A DNA stretch of 64,000 nucleotides from a virus. How positions within the stretch are numbered: position 1 is the stretch's first letter; each line of letters opens with the position of its first letter. The stretch is taken from positions 5,698 through 69,697 of IMG/VR virus record IMGVR_UViG_3300024520_005201. One strand, written 5' to 3'. The notes beneath the pieces were generated by a model. That model searched no databases. It was not told the origin of the DNA and saw only the letters and a program-made list of their open reading frames with translations. The translations under genes were made by a program, and so were the position numbers. Of the stretch, positions 46,361-55,929 are shown piece after piece.

Positions 46361-46688
46361 TTTCGAATTTAGCCTTTAGTTTTATATATTCAACGTATTC
46401 CTTGGTTCGCTTCTTTTCTTTTCTTTTCTCTGATGCTACTTTTCTTTTCTTAATTTGAGCACATCTATGTTTATACTCATTGTCATCCTCTGGACGAACG
46501 CCAATAAGATGAATATCTGTAGAAGAACTTTCTAGAAACAACTCAGTGTATTCTGACTTTTCAAATACCCTCTTTAATTCTTGAAGATATTCTATAGCTG
46601 AATCTATATCTGTTGCCAATTCATTAGCAAGATGACACTTTATGTATTCTGTAAACTTCTTTCTTTGGGGCTTGCTGCTCACTGACAT
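46350..46688 (-). CDS. hypothetical protein
   Basis: 112-aa ORF overlapping both neighbours. Confidence 0.65.
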   Translation of the reverse strand: MSVSSKPQRKKFTEYIKCHLANELATDIDSAIEYLQELKRVFEKSEYTELFLESSSTDIHLIGVRPEDDNEYKHRCAQIKKRKVASEKRKEKKRTKEYVEYIKLKAKFENEN

Positions 46689-47482
46689 TCACCCTTATAC
46701 ATTTTTCTGAATTGTTTCCAGCCTACGAAATTTCCTGACCTATACTCTGGGTTTCTAGATGCTTCAGCTACGTGCTCAAACGGTGACCAGTGCCCATGTC
46801 CGCTACCAGTAAGTAGTCTATCAAATAAAACAAGGTCCTGGTCAACATCTCTGTTGCCATCGTGGGTAAGATAGGATACGCGAGCACAGCGTGCGACACT
46901 TATCTTTCGTCTTAGGTCTATATCAAAACCTAACTCATCACCTTGAATATAGGGAGTATGCCATAGTCGTCCTACTGGCTCAGATTTTCTTTGAGATTCA
47001 AACATTCTGTCAGCTAGATAATGAATCTCCGGTTGAGCATCTTTATGCCTACGTAATCCGTAGAAATTACTATAGTTTGTGGCTGTGCAGATAACAGTTA
47101 TATTCTTCCATGGCTCCACTACTCTATTTACAATTTGTTTATGCAGACCTATACTGTATAGAGTTCTTGCATAATCTACTGCGGAATCTCTTGCTTTAAG
47201 CCATTCCCTTTCTGCTATCTCTTGTTCAAAATCTGATAATTCTTTTCCTGCAGACATTCCTTTTTTATTCTTACCCCAAAATACAGGCATAGCAGGGTCG
47301 TCTATGACCATCCTAATCATTTTCTTGGTAGGTATAGCTCTACTGCTTGCAGCATTCCTACTAAACATCCTGTGAGTCATGAACTCTGCATGGATGAAGC
47401 GAGGATATGTTAACTCAAAGGTAGTAAGTCGTGCTCCTGCCTGGCTAACTGAATCAAGAATTACTTCTACCTTAAAACTCAT
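46679..47482 (-). CDS. thyX: flavin-dependent thymidylate synthase
   Basis: HAEFMTHRMFSRNAASSRAIP, AQPEI, ARCARVSY, HWSPFEH; start placed at MSFKV. Confidence 0.9.
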   Translation of the reverse strand: MSFKVEVILDSVSQAGARLTTFELTYPRFIHAEFMTHRMFSRNAASSRAIPTKKMIRMVIDDPAMPVFWGKNKKGMSAGKELSDFEQEIAEREWLKARDSAVDYARTLYSIGLHKQIVNRVVEPWKNITVICTATNYSNFYGLRRHKDAQPEIHYLADRMFESQRKSEPVGRLWHTPYIQGDELGFDIDLRRKISVARCARVSYLTHDGNRDVDQDLVLFDRLLTGSGHGHWSPFEHVAEASRNPEYRSGNFVGWKQFRKMYKGECQ

Positions 47483-47658
47483 CTTTGTCCAACCTTTTCC
47501 ATCCAGAATGTCTGGAAGCAACAACCATCTTTATCTCGCCACATACGGTACCCTGCTTCTTCTGTGAAACCAGAGAGTGGGCCGCCAGAACTAGGTGGTC
47601 CACCATGAAATTCAAATATAGAATCGCATTGTGGACATTTCCAACTATTAAAATCCAC
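47479..47658 (-). CDS. small zinc-finger protein (59 aa, not in ORF track)
   Basis: GTG start, MDFNSWKCPQCD...GCCFQ; fills the gap and is ATGA-coupled to thyX. Confidence 0.55.
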   Translation of the reverse strand: MDFNSWKCPQCDSIFEFHGGPPSSGGPLSGFTEEAGYRMWRDKDGCCFQTFWMEKVGQR

Positions 47659-48199
47659 TCTTATCTTCTTTCTTTTTTAAATCTAAGTGTGTAAATGAAT
47701 CCTTGGCATCTGGATACTTCTCTATAATCTCAAGGGCAAGCTTGTCCATATCTGCAAAGAATCCCTTGGGGGCAGGTGGCGGTCTATCATCAATAAACTT
47801 GTCGCAAATCATTCCATCTCTCATCACAACTAGAGAAGCAATAGCTTTTGTAATATGATTAAGTCCACTGTCAGAATCAATATCTTCACCCTCCCACCAT
47901 TTATTTAAGTGTCTCCAAGTTGCATCGCGATAGACGCTAGCACGCACACCATCAATACGATAATTATGCCTACCATATTTCCTTGCTCCTTCAAGCATTG
48001 CACAACCAATTTCTGCAACCACCGTTCCTGGCACTGTAGATATTGGTGCCTTCTTAACGCCTACGGAATCTTTAGGGTTTGTCTTCTTGCCTTCTGATGT
48101 TTGCATTTTTTTAATTACCTTGTCGAGTGCATCTAAATCAAGCTCAGGAATATTGCCTGGTCCTGGTCCATATACTGTTTCTCGTTTATACCCTGACAC
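47648..48199 (-). CDS. dATP/dGTP diphosphohydrolase (DUF5664-like)
   Basis: NPKD..G.KK, GARKYGRHN, RHL..W..GED.D.DSGL.H, DDRP. Confidence 0.88.
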   Translation of the reverse strand: MSGYKRETVYGPGPGNIPELDLDALDKVIKKMQTSEGKKTNPKDSVGVKKAPISTVPGTVVAEIGCAMLEGARKYGRHNYRIDGVRASVYRDATWRHLNKWWEGEDIDSDSGLNHITKAIASLVVMRDGMICDKFIDDRPPPAPKGFFADMDKLALEIIEKYPDAKDSFTHLDLKKKEDKSGF

Positions 48200-48759
48200 T
48201 AAATAGCTTCTGCTAATAGGAAGTCATCCCAGTCGTTAATTCTCTCAACCTTAACATGCTCAATCTTCCTATTATGGGGATAGTCTACGCAATAAACATA
48301 TGCTTCTGTATGGTCAGCAATATCTATAATGGTAGACCCCGAGTCTTCAATGAACACACCGATATTAAGCTTATTAACTAATGAAGATTTATCTTCTTTA
48401 ACAAAGAATAGATTTTTACTAAATGGAAAACCATGCTCTGCTAGTGCATCTATAGTATCCTGTCTGGCATATCCTGGCCTCTTAGTAATATAGAAAATCT
48501 TATGTCCACCATTCTCTATTCTCTCTAACGCGTCTAGAGTGCCTTCGAGAAGCGGCAGATTTCTATACCCACCATTTTTTCCAAACTTATGAAACTCCTC
48601 CCAGAATCCATCTTCAGTAAGACCTTCTGTATCTTTGTGCCAAAAATAGTTTGTAATTTCGTGCTCTTGTAAATTTAAATCGAATGCACCATTAAGGCGC
48701 TCCCTAAATACATTAAGAAAATCGAAACAAACACCATCTAAATCAACTCCATATCTCAT
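48199..48759 (-). CDS. 5'(3')-deoxyribonucleotidase (HAD, NT5C-like)
   Basis: GVDLDGV, ITKR, FIED, PHN, RINDW. Confidence 0.85.
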   Translation of the reverse strand: MRYGVDLDGVCFDFLNVFRERLNGAFDLNLQEHEITNYFWHKDTEGLTEDGFWEEFHKFGKNGGYRNLPLLEGTLDALERIENGGHKIFYITKRPGYARQDTIDALAEHGFPFSKNLFFVKEDKSSLVNKLNIGVFIEDSGSTIIDIADHTEAYVYCVDYPHNRKIEHVKVERINDWDDFLLAEAI

Positions 48760-49733
48760 GCGAAAATTTCCCTTGCTTTCTCAACTGTTAAATCTCCTAC
48801 GTCTCCGTCTTGTAATTCTACAATAGACACATTAAAAAAAGCTTTTGCTGTATTGAATGCGGCGCTCGCGCCCGTCTTCCCCGCCGTGTCAGCATCTAGG
48901 GCTACTATTAGCTCCTGTGCTCCACACTTTGCTAGCAAAGCTATCTGTCCATTGTGTAGCTTTCTTCCAAAGATAGCCACTCCATTATGTATTCCTGCAT
49001 GTTCTAATCTAAGAACATCTAGCGGTCCCTCTACTATAATTACCTTACCAGTTTGTTTTATATGAGTTACAGCTCTATCTATATTAAATAGATTCTCTGC
49101 CCCTATGAATCCCTTACTATGAAACCACTTGGGTATTTTCTTTTCTTTCCAATTAGGGAATAAGGTCCTGCCTGTGAATCCGACTATCTGACTATAGATA
49201 TTTCTGATAGGTATAATAAGTCTGTTAGACATTTGCTTGTAGCCCTCGGCAGTTACTCCTATCTGATAGTTTTCTATAAGTCCTTTAGGATAACCTCGGC
49301 CTTCTAGATATGAATGGTAGAGTAACTTTTCTAAAATCTCCTCTCCATAAATCTTTGTTTCCTTCTTGGCCTTTTTAATAAAAGCTTTATTGGCATGGAG
49401 GTGGGTTGCCTCATCTATATTAATGCCATCGCCTTCTACTATCTTTTCTATGAACTTGCACGCATCTGGAAATCCACAATCTAATACGCCCATTACTAGA
49501 CCAAATACATCCTTGCTAAAATTGTCATGGCAGCCACGAGAAAAGCATTGCCAAATCTCTTTGTCTAGGTGCCACGACCATGCGTCATCTCTATCTCCGT
49601 TATGAACCGGACATGCAGCAGTCACGTATTGATAGCGTTCTCTATAATCAATCCTTAGTGCGTCAAGAACCTTTAATATTTTTTCAGAAGCTATTAGCCT
49701 CAGTGTTTCAATTTTCTTTCTATTCATTACCAT
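48756..49733 (-). CDS. dnaG: DNA primase
   Basis: CPVH...CFSRGC zinc domain, RLIIPI, GFTGR, VEGPLD, LDADTAG (TOPRIM). Confidence 0.93.
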   Translation of the reverse strand: MVMNRKKIETLRLIASEKILKVLDALRIDYRERYQYVTAACPVHNGDRDDAWSWHLDKEIWQCFSRGCHDNFSKDVFGLVMGVLDCGFPDACKFIEKIVEGDGINIDEATHLHANKAFIKKAKKETKIYGEEILEKLLYHSYLEGRGYPKGLIENYQIGVTAEGYKQMSNRLIIPIRNIYSQIVGFTGRTLFPNWKEKKIPKWFHSKGFIGAENLFNIDRAVTHIKQTGKVIIVEGPLDVLRLEHAGIHNGVAIFGRKLHNGQIALLAKCGAQELIVALDADTAGKTGASAAFNTAKAFFNVSIVELQDGDVGDLTVEKAREIFA

Positions 49734-51145
49734 TCACTTACATTTCCAATATTATTTGTTTCTTCTTTTCCAATCTTTGCTTTTAGTTTTTTAACTGCCG
49801 TAAAGACTTCTGAGTTTCTCTTGTCTTCCTTAAACTGTCCACATGATTTATCAAAGTGAACATTCACCCATTCGTTGAATGCATGACCACAACCATTACG
49901 AGAGAACCTAGCCTCTAATACATGAGTCCCACGAGTCGGACCATCTTCTTGTATCTCCTCTAGTTTCTTTGGCCTGAGGATTGTAGCAGAGTCTACGTTC
50001 TCTACGATTCTTCTAATACCTATATCCTCTTGTTTGTTTAATTGGCCAAGAGCCATAATGGGAATGTTCAGGTGCGCCGAACAATCATGAAGGCTAGACA
50101 TTAGAAGACCTATAAGCTGGTATTCTTGAAGCCTATCAACATCTGACGAATCCATTAGCTTAATGTAATCATATATTACTAAGCCCTTACCTTCGTCTCC
50201 TATAATGGGGCCGCCCAGATTCTTGTATACGAACTTTCTAATAATAGGTATGACACTATGAACCGAGCGCCCTGCTATATTCTTGTAGAATATTGGCGCG
50301 TCCCTAATGAGGGCAACTGCTTGTTTTACTTTTTCTATTTGATGCTTATCGTTCTTCCAAGTGCCTCCCTCAATAATATTGTATGGGATACCTGTCATGA
50401 TTCCACAAAGCCTCATTTGCTGCTGTCTAAGCTGTAGCTCAGTATCTAAATACAGAACTGGCTTTCTTTGCAGGACTGCGGTTTGAAAAGCTGACCACAT
50501 AGATAGCTGCGACTTGCCAACCTTTGTGCTAGCAAAGATTCCTGTGATTGCTCCGTTACGAATATAGCCAACATCTTTCTGCCAGCGAGGTAGACCTATA
50601 TCAATCCCCATATCTCCTTCTAGGTCTGCATAGTTATTGATATTCTCTTCGAAGTCGTCAGCTAGACATTGAACATCTTCTTCTCCGGCATCTAGTGCTC
50701 TAATAGAATCAAGAACTCTTGTCTCTACCATGCTTCTCATGTCGGAGGTTCCGCCACTCCAATCCTCAATATCATCCTTGAGGTCTTCGCATGTATTTAT
50801 TAGGGCTCGTTTAATCGATGCCTGTTTTACTGCGGATATATATCTAACAAAGTTTTTGGGGTTTATATTTTGGTCCACGATGGCATCAATTAGTTCGCCA
50901 TTTAATGTGTGGTGGTAAAACCCTTCTACATTTTTTTGTTCTGCTGTCGTTATGATAATGTGCTTATCAATTTTGACAGACTCTTCTGATACAATCAGGT
51001 CTTTAATAATTTCAAAAATTAGGGCAGCACCAGTATTAACAAAGTCGCCCGGAGTTAATACATCATTAATAGTAAAAAATCTATCTGGTTCTTTGATAAG
51101 AATAGATAGGATGGCTCTCTCAGCCGCGTGTGCTTCTATACTCAC
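49727..51145 (-). CDS. dnaB: replicative DNA helicase
   Basis: AAERAILS N-domain, Walker A ASTKVGKS, LDTE, YDYIKL, GQLN, RFSRNG. Confidence 0.9.
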   Translation of the reverse strand: MSIEAHAAERAILSILIKEPDRFFTINDVLTPGDFVNTGAALIFEIIKDLIVSEESVKIDKHIIITTAEQKNVEGFYHHTLNGELIDAIVDQNINPKNFVRYISAVKQASIKRALINTCEDLKDDIEDWSGGTSDMRSMVETRVLDSIRALDAGEEDVQCLADDFEENINNYADLEGDMGIDIGLPRWQKDVGYIRNGAITGIFASTKVGKSQLSMWSAFQTAVLQRKPVLYLDTELQLRQQQMRLCGIMTGIPYNIIEGGTWKNDKHQIEKVKQAVALIRDAPIFYKNIAGRSVHSVIPIIRKFVYKNLGGPIIGDEGKGLVIYDYIKLMDSSDVDRLQEYQLIGLLMSSLHDCSAHLNIPIMALGQLNKQEDIGIRRIVENVDSATILRPKKLEEIQEDGPTRGTHVLEARFSRNGCGHAFNEWVNVHFDKSCGQFKEDKRNSEVFTAVKKLKAKIGKEETNNIGNVSEW

Positions 51146-51584
51146 TTCTTACCCTTCTATCATATATCTTCGACATGACATATATTTTATTTTTAATTGT
51201 ATCACAAACTGGTCTAAGCATCTCTAATTTAGCCTTTTCGTTATCCATCTGCGCCTTGAACTCTTGAAGAATCTCATGCTTAGATATAGCAATAGCTCGT
51301 CGTTCTTTCGCATGAGACGCTCCATACTTAGCCGCCAATGGCGCAACCCTTATATCAAAGGCATCCTCTAAATTCTGAACACGTGCCGAAAGAATACCCA
51401 ATTCGCTATATAGATAGACATAATAATTGGATAGGACGAGCATCAATTCATCAAACTGTTCCAAGGTGACCGACTTAAGCTCAGGTGCTGAAAATTTAAT
51501 AGCATCCTTGAGCATATTCTTTTCTTGGTTTTCAATATATACTAGGCCAGCCTGTTGCCGCCAATCGCTTATTGTTTTACTCAT
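51120..51584 (-). CDS. helical protein, possibly a UvsY-like recombination mediator
   Basis: All-helical 154-aa ORF between recA and dnaB; the UvsY assignment rests on size and context only. Confidence 0.4.
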   Translation of the reverse strand: MSKTISDWRQQAGLVYIENQEKNMLKDAIKFSAPELKSVTLEQFDELMLVLSNYYVYLYSELGILSARVQNLEDAFDIRVAPLAAKYGASHAKERRAIAISKHEILQEFKAQMDNEKAKLEMLRPVCDTIKNKIYVMSKIYDRRVRSEYRSTRG

Positions 51585-51601
51585 ATAGAACCTCTACGTT
51601 T

Positions 51602-51620
51602 AGTATACGCGTACTTTATT
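51602..51620 (-). promoter_or_regulatory. AATAAAGTACGCGTATACT motif
   Basis: Intergenic; 16 nt identical to 53832-53847. Confidence 0.6.
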
Positions 51621-52026
51621 AGTTGTCAGATAACAGTTTATTTCTAATTTGTTCTTCGCTATCTGCTTCTCTTATGACTACTAGATGTATATTATTAACA
51701 CTACACCATAGAGATTTTTTTCTATCTCTTGCTTGGGCTAACCTAAAATTCTCCTGTGAGCCGTGAAAGAAATTACTGTATTCATAATGCTGTTTACCCT
51801 GTGCTTCAACGGCAATTCTTTTCCTAGGAAGAAGGAAGTCTATGTATAATCTGTCACCTGGAATATAAAATTCTTCGAGTATGACTTCATTGGGGAAGAC
51901 CTCATCTACTACTTCTCCTACGAAAAACTGAAAGTTACTCTTGCATTTATCAGAAGACCTCCGAGGCCACTTTGATGGTCGGAGGTCTATCTTATATTCG
52001 CGCCCCTCAGTTGAGAGGAACTTCAC
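51619..52026 (-). CDS. Vsr/DUF559-like nuclease
   Basis: LYIDF..P...AVEAQGKQHY...FH...RD.KK..WC. Confidence 0.75.
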   Translation of the reverse strand: MKFLSTEGREYKIDLRPSKWPRRSSDKCKSNFQFFVGEVVDEVFPNEVILEEFYIPGDRLYIDFLLPRKRIAVEAQGKQHYEYSNFFHGSQENFRLAQARDRKKSLWCSVNNIHLVVIREADSEEQIRNKLLSDN

Positions 52027-53030
52027 TAGAATACTTCTTCTATCTTATCAGTAATACTTTTCTTAAAGTCAACGTCTGTTCTAAACATCTCAATAACTTT
52101 TGCTTGTCTGATTCGCTTGTCTGTTCCATCTGGTTGTGGCACCATATACCAACCATTGCTATAGGGAAGAATTCCTAAGTCTCTAGCAAACTCTAGCATA
52201 TCTAGTTCTGAGTCAATCCCTTTGCCATAGATAATAGGAAATTCTACCGTAATCTCCGGCCTGTTAACGTTGTTTTTAACCACCTTGGCTCTTACTCTCT
52301 GGCCTATTTGGTCACCATTAGCATTTTTAATCCTACCTGCTGCTGGAGCAAAAAGCTCTATGCGTTGCGCTGACCTATTTTTTATTGCCTTGCCCCCATG
52401 TGTCGTAGTGGCCTTGCCAAACATCGCCATAGTAGAGGTTAGGTGATTAAGGAATATTGTGACGCACTTATTACGTGCATTTATTCCTGTAAGCTTGCGT
52501 ATCATCTTATGACACAATCTGGCGACCAGACCCATGCTTTGCTTTTCAAAATTCTCAGCGCCCTCTACTTCGGGCAGGAGGCCTCCCACTGAGTCGAGCA
52601 CAATAACACAGCCAGGATGAGCTACCATTAAATCATACATCATATTCATAGCTTCTTCGCCAGTATCTGGATATAAAATAGTAAAATTGGTTCTGTCAAA
52701 TCCATCAATCATATCAAGCTGTGCTTCTCTGAGTTTATATTCTAAGTCTATATAGAATACCAACTTACCCATCTTCATGGCATTAGAAGCAACCTCTAGG
52801 GCTAGGGTTGTTTTACCTGTGGCGTTGGGTGCATAAACCTCTACAAATTGTCCTTCTAAGAATGGTCTGCCTAGGGCCCAGTCTAATTTAATTGACCCCG
52901 TAGGAATATGTTTAAGGTCATCATCATTGAAGTCCTTACCAATCTTTACCTTGTCTCTCCATTCTTTTTTGAAATCGTTAATATCAAATCCCACGATATC
53001 ACTTACCTCTTGCTCTGCTTCTGTTGTCAT
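52026..53030 (-). CDS. recA: RecA/UvsX recombinase
   Basis: IPTGS..LD.ALG, NATGKTTLA, IDLE, LDSV, IFLNH, GGKAI, KVVKN, YGKGID. Confidence 0.95.
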   Translation of the reverse strand: MTTEAEQEVSDIVGFDINDFKKEWRDKVKIGKDFNDDDLKHIPTGSIKLDWALGRPFLEGQFVEVYAPNATGKTTLALEVASNAMKMGKLVFYIDLEYKLREAQLDMIDGFDRTNFTILYPDTGEEAMNMMYDLMVAHPGCVIVLDSVGGLLPEVEGAENFEKQSMGLVARLCHKMIRKLTGINARNKCVTIFLNHLTSTMAMFGKATTTHGGKAIKNRSAQRIELFAPAAGRIKNANGDQIGQRVRAKVVKNNVNRPEITVEFPIIYGKGIDSELDMLEFARDLGILPYSNGWYMVPQPDGTDKRIRQAKVIEMFRTDVDFKKSITDKIEEVF

Positions 53031-53371
53031 TTAATTGCCTCTGCTAGTTTCTCAGTCCTTGCTTTTGCTTTTTCCCCTGCCGATTCAAAAAGTTCATCGT
53101 GGGTAATTCCGCATAGTGTTGCAATATTTAAACACACCACTATGACATCTCCCAGCTCTTCTTTTACAGCTTGCTTAGGTGTTTGTCCTTTCTTTAATAA
53201 CTTTTTAATCTTACTCTTGCTATGTCCACTAAACGCAACGATAGCTTCTAGGACCTCGCCTGCCTCTTCTCCTAATTTAATAGCAGAGATTAGAATGCCC
53301 CTTGGCTTCTTTGCACTGAACCACTTTTCATATTCGCCGTGGAACCTATTAAACGTTTCTTTCAAGTTCAT
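53027..53371 (-). CDS. MazG-like NTP pyrophosphohydrolase
   Basis: KLGEEAGEV...EELGDV; start uncertain (placed at MNLKET). Confidence 0.8.
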   Translation of the reverse strand: MNLKETFNRFHGEYEKWFSAKKPRGILISAIKLGEEAGEVLEAIVAFSGHSKSKIKKLLKKGQTPKQAVKEELGDVIVVCLNIATLCGITHDELFESAGEKAKARTEKLAEAIK

Positions 53372-53777
53372 CAAGTTTATCAAACAATCCTTTCTTCTTA
53401 ATAAAAAAACGAGGCTCTCTAAGGTCTTCAACCTCATATGCCTCGTTCTTAGTTTTAGAAGTATCTTTGGGTGCAGCTAGTCTTTGAATCCTAGCCGCCT
53501 CTTTCTGAAGAAAAAATTCTAGTTGTGCGTAATCAGTAAAGCTTGTAATCTTAATATTGTTGACTACCTCAACAACTGCTTGCGGTCCGTATGTCTTTAG
53601 AAATTTTGAAACAGCACGGACCTCTCTAGTATAAAGGCCTTTCCAAAATTTGTGTCGCCAAAAGTATGGCCGCAAACTACCGACTCCATATTGTCGTATC
53701 AACATAAGTTCTGCTATGTAGGACCTGAGTTGCATTTTATGACCATCTGTTGTTTGACTTAGCACTTTAATTTTCAT
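53349..53777 (-). CDS. hypothetical protein
   Basis: 142-aa ORF; first gene after the promoter motif. Confidence 0.7.
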   Translation of the reverse strand: MKIKVLSQTTDGHKMQLRSYIAELMLIRQYGVGSLRPYFWRHKFWKGLYTREVRAVSKFLKTYGPQAVVEVVNNIKITSFTDYAQLEFFLQKEAARIQRLAAPKDTSKTKNEAYEVEDLREPRFFIKKKGLFDKLDELERNV

Positions 53778-53828
53778 TGGTTACAATCCTTCCTAATTCT
53801 GTACTTTAACTACTGAACCTCTACTAGT

Positions 53829-53847
53829 ATGATACGCGTACTTTATT
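53829..53847 (-). promoter_or_regulatory. AATAAAGTACGCGTATCAT motif
   Basis: Intergenic at the structural/replication boundary; matches 51602-51620. Confidence 0.6.
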
Positions 53848-53856
53848 GTTTGTATG

Positions 53857-54135
53857 TTATTCTTTTAAGTAAAGCCTCCCACCTAATCCTCCGTGAAGTA
53901 AGTCCAACGGAACCAGCCAAGTTACCAGTCTCCCTTGAGACATATCATGTTTTCTAATCGCATTCATTTTTGCTAATGTAATATTTACGTTCTCTTTTGT
54001 TTTCTTTGCTTCTTTCCTGGTTCTAACTAAGGTAGCTTTTTTCATTCTTTGTTCTTCACACGTTAGATAATTTTGTGGCTGTCCAACTGACAAACTTTTT
54101 TTATCTCGTCATTTTTTTCTTAGTTTATTATTCAT
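53857..54135 (-). CDS. basic hypothetical protein with in-frame TGA at codon 9
   Basis: ATG 54135 (GAGGAG upstream) is in frame with the 78-aa ORF; one TGA at 54109-54111. Confidence 0.45.
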
Positions 54136-55929
54136 TTACTCCTCGTTTGCAGCGCATGGTCCGGTATCTTCATAATCTGGTGTTGGAATTTCTCCTCCAC
54201 CACAACCAACTCCAATGTTTAGTTCCTTATCTGGGTTGTTAGAACAAGGGGCTTTAATTTTAACAGGGACACATTGGTCACAATCAAATTTAGGTAGAGG
54301 AGTTATGGTTAACGTGCCTCCTCCAGGAACGGGGACTCCACCACCAGGAATAGGAGTTCCCTCTCCGGGTCCACCAGAAATATTAATTACATATTCACAT
54401 TCACATGCTGCAAATCCAGCATTTATATTTTCTGCCAAACTCTGTAGGTCAGCGAAGTGTGTAGCTGATATTGCAGCTAGTGCTGCACCTATGGCAGCAG
54501 CCATTCCAGCAAGCGCTGCGTTTACTCCATTTGCGACAGTTGCTATACTTCCTTGAACACCACCGATTGCTCCTACTAGTTCATGATTATTAGCATCTTG
54601 TATAGCCTGAAGATTTTCTGAGTATCCATTAACCTCTGTGCATAAGCCATCTAATCTCGTAATAGTATTTATATCGTTGCTAACTAATGTTTCACATAAT
54701 CCAGCAACTAAAGAACACTCATCTATTGCAACAGCAGGTACCCATTCACATGGCGGAGTCGTGCCAGCCTCTAATGGGTCATCATCACAAGTAGGCAATT
54801 CTTCATCCATGAATACCATTTCTCCAATAAATAATTTAGGTTTAGTTTTAAGAGATGATGAATCGCAGCACACCTCATCTCCTAGGTCAGACATGTTTCT
54901 TCCAAATTTTATTGGACCATCAATTTCATTTTCTTTCCAAAAATGAACAGTGCTTTTAATATCAATACCAACACCATCTCCTGTAGTCTCGTCTCCTAGA
55001 GATTGTTCTTCTCCCTTTTTATGACACGAGTCATCCTCTTCAGATGCATCCTTATGGGGAATAACAAAGACAGTACTTAGTTTAGCAGAACCATTAGTAT
55101 CTTTGTCAAAGAATTTATGGTTTAGATGTGTCATTATTTCGCCAGTCTGAACACCCTCGGTTTTTCCATCAGTGCTGGCGAAAGCTGTTGATTGCCTAAC
55201 CCACCATACATCTTCCAGCTTTCCTTTTAGCCACGGGAATCCTTTGCCTGTATCGGGATTCGTACTAAAGACAGTAGTTCCTAGGCCTTTACTCTCTTGG
55301 TCAACAATTAAATCATTCCACGCACCCCATACGTTACGTCTTTCATCCCATCTTAAATCAACAGTTCCTACCTTCCATTGTGCTCTATCTAGTTTTGCAT
55401 CTTCTTCATTCTTTCTAGCGTCCTCACTAGAGGGAAACAGCGGAAGCATCTCCTTTGTTCTACCGTAACCACAGGCCATCATTGGTGTCCTCATACAGAG
55501 ACCTCTGATGTTAAATAGTTCGCCAAAATTATCTATACGTGTTCGACCCGTCTCTACATCATCTCCACTAACTACATATTGAACTTGTTGTTGTAGCCTT
55601 GGCTCAGGGACCAATTCAGGACTAGGTTCTACATGTGCCCATACATTGTCTGTATTTGTATTGGGAAATGCGGAAGCATATATTCCCTGAACCGTTATTG
55701 TACTCATGGCATTAACAATCTTAAATCCATCCACTATAGATAGGAATGAATCTAGAGACGAACCATATGTGTTTGACCAATCTGTATCTAAAACTCCTGG
55801 AGTATTTAGATTAATCATCATTGGTGCATCTATACCTTTGTCTATAGCCCAATCTGAACCAGATATTGCATAGCCTGCCCTGGGTAAATTAACACCAAGC
55901 AAATTATCTATATTTTTTTGTTCTGTCAT
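54136..55929 (-). CDS. putative tail/baseplate protein with Cys-rich C-terminus
   Basis: 597 aa; W..G.VDLRWDERR.VW motif, Ala-rich coil, Cys/Pro/Gly-rich end; structural operon. Confidence 0.6.
   Translation of the reverse strand: MTEQKNIDNLLGVNLPRAGYAISGSDWAIDKGIDAPMMINLNTPGVLDTDWSNTYGSSLDSFLSIVDGFKIVNAMSTITVQGIYASAFPNTNTDNVWAHVEPSPELVPEPRLQQQVQYVVSGDDVETGRTRIDNFGELFNIRGLCMRTPMMACGYGRTKEMLPLFPSSEDARKNEEDAKLDRAQWKVGTVDLRWDERRNVWGAWNDLIVDQESKGLGTTVFSTNPDTGKGFPWLKGKLEDVWWVRQSTAFASTDGKTEGVQTGEIMTHLNHKFFDKDTNGSAKLSTVFVIPHKDASEEDDSCHKKGEEQSLGDETTGDGVGIDIKSTVHFWKENEIDGPIKFGRNMSDLGDEVCCDSSSLKTKPKLFIGEMVFMDEELPTCDDDPLEAGTTPPCEWVPAVAIDECSLVAGLCETLVSNDINTITRLDGLCTEVNGYSENLQAIQDANNHELVGAIGGVQGSIATVANGVNAALAGMAAAIGAALAAISATHFADLQSLAENINAGFAACECEYVINISGGPGEGTPIPGGGVPVPGGGTLTITPLPKFDCDQCVPVKIKAPCSNNPDKELNIGVGCGGGEIPTPDYEDTGPCAANEE

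Noticed and set aside
47648-48199. Z-genome (2-aminoadenine) system
   Set aside because: No PurZ in the window, and the HD protein looks YhaM-like rather than DatZ-like.
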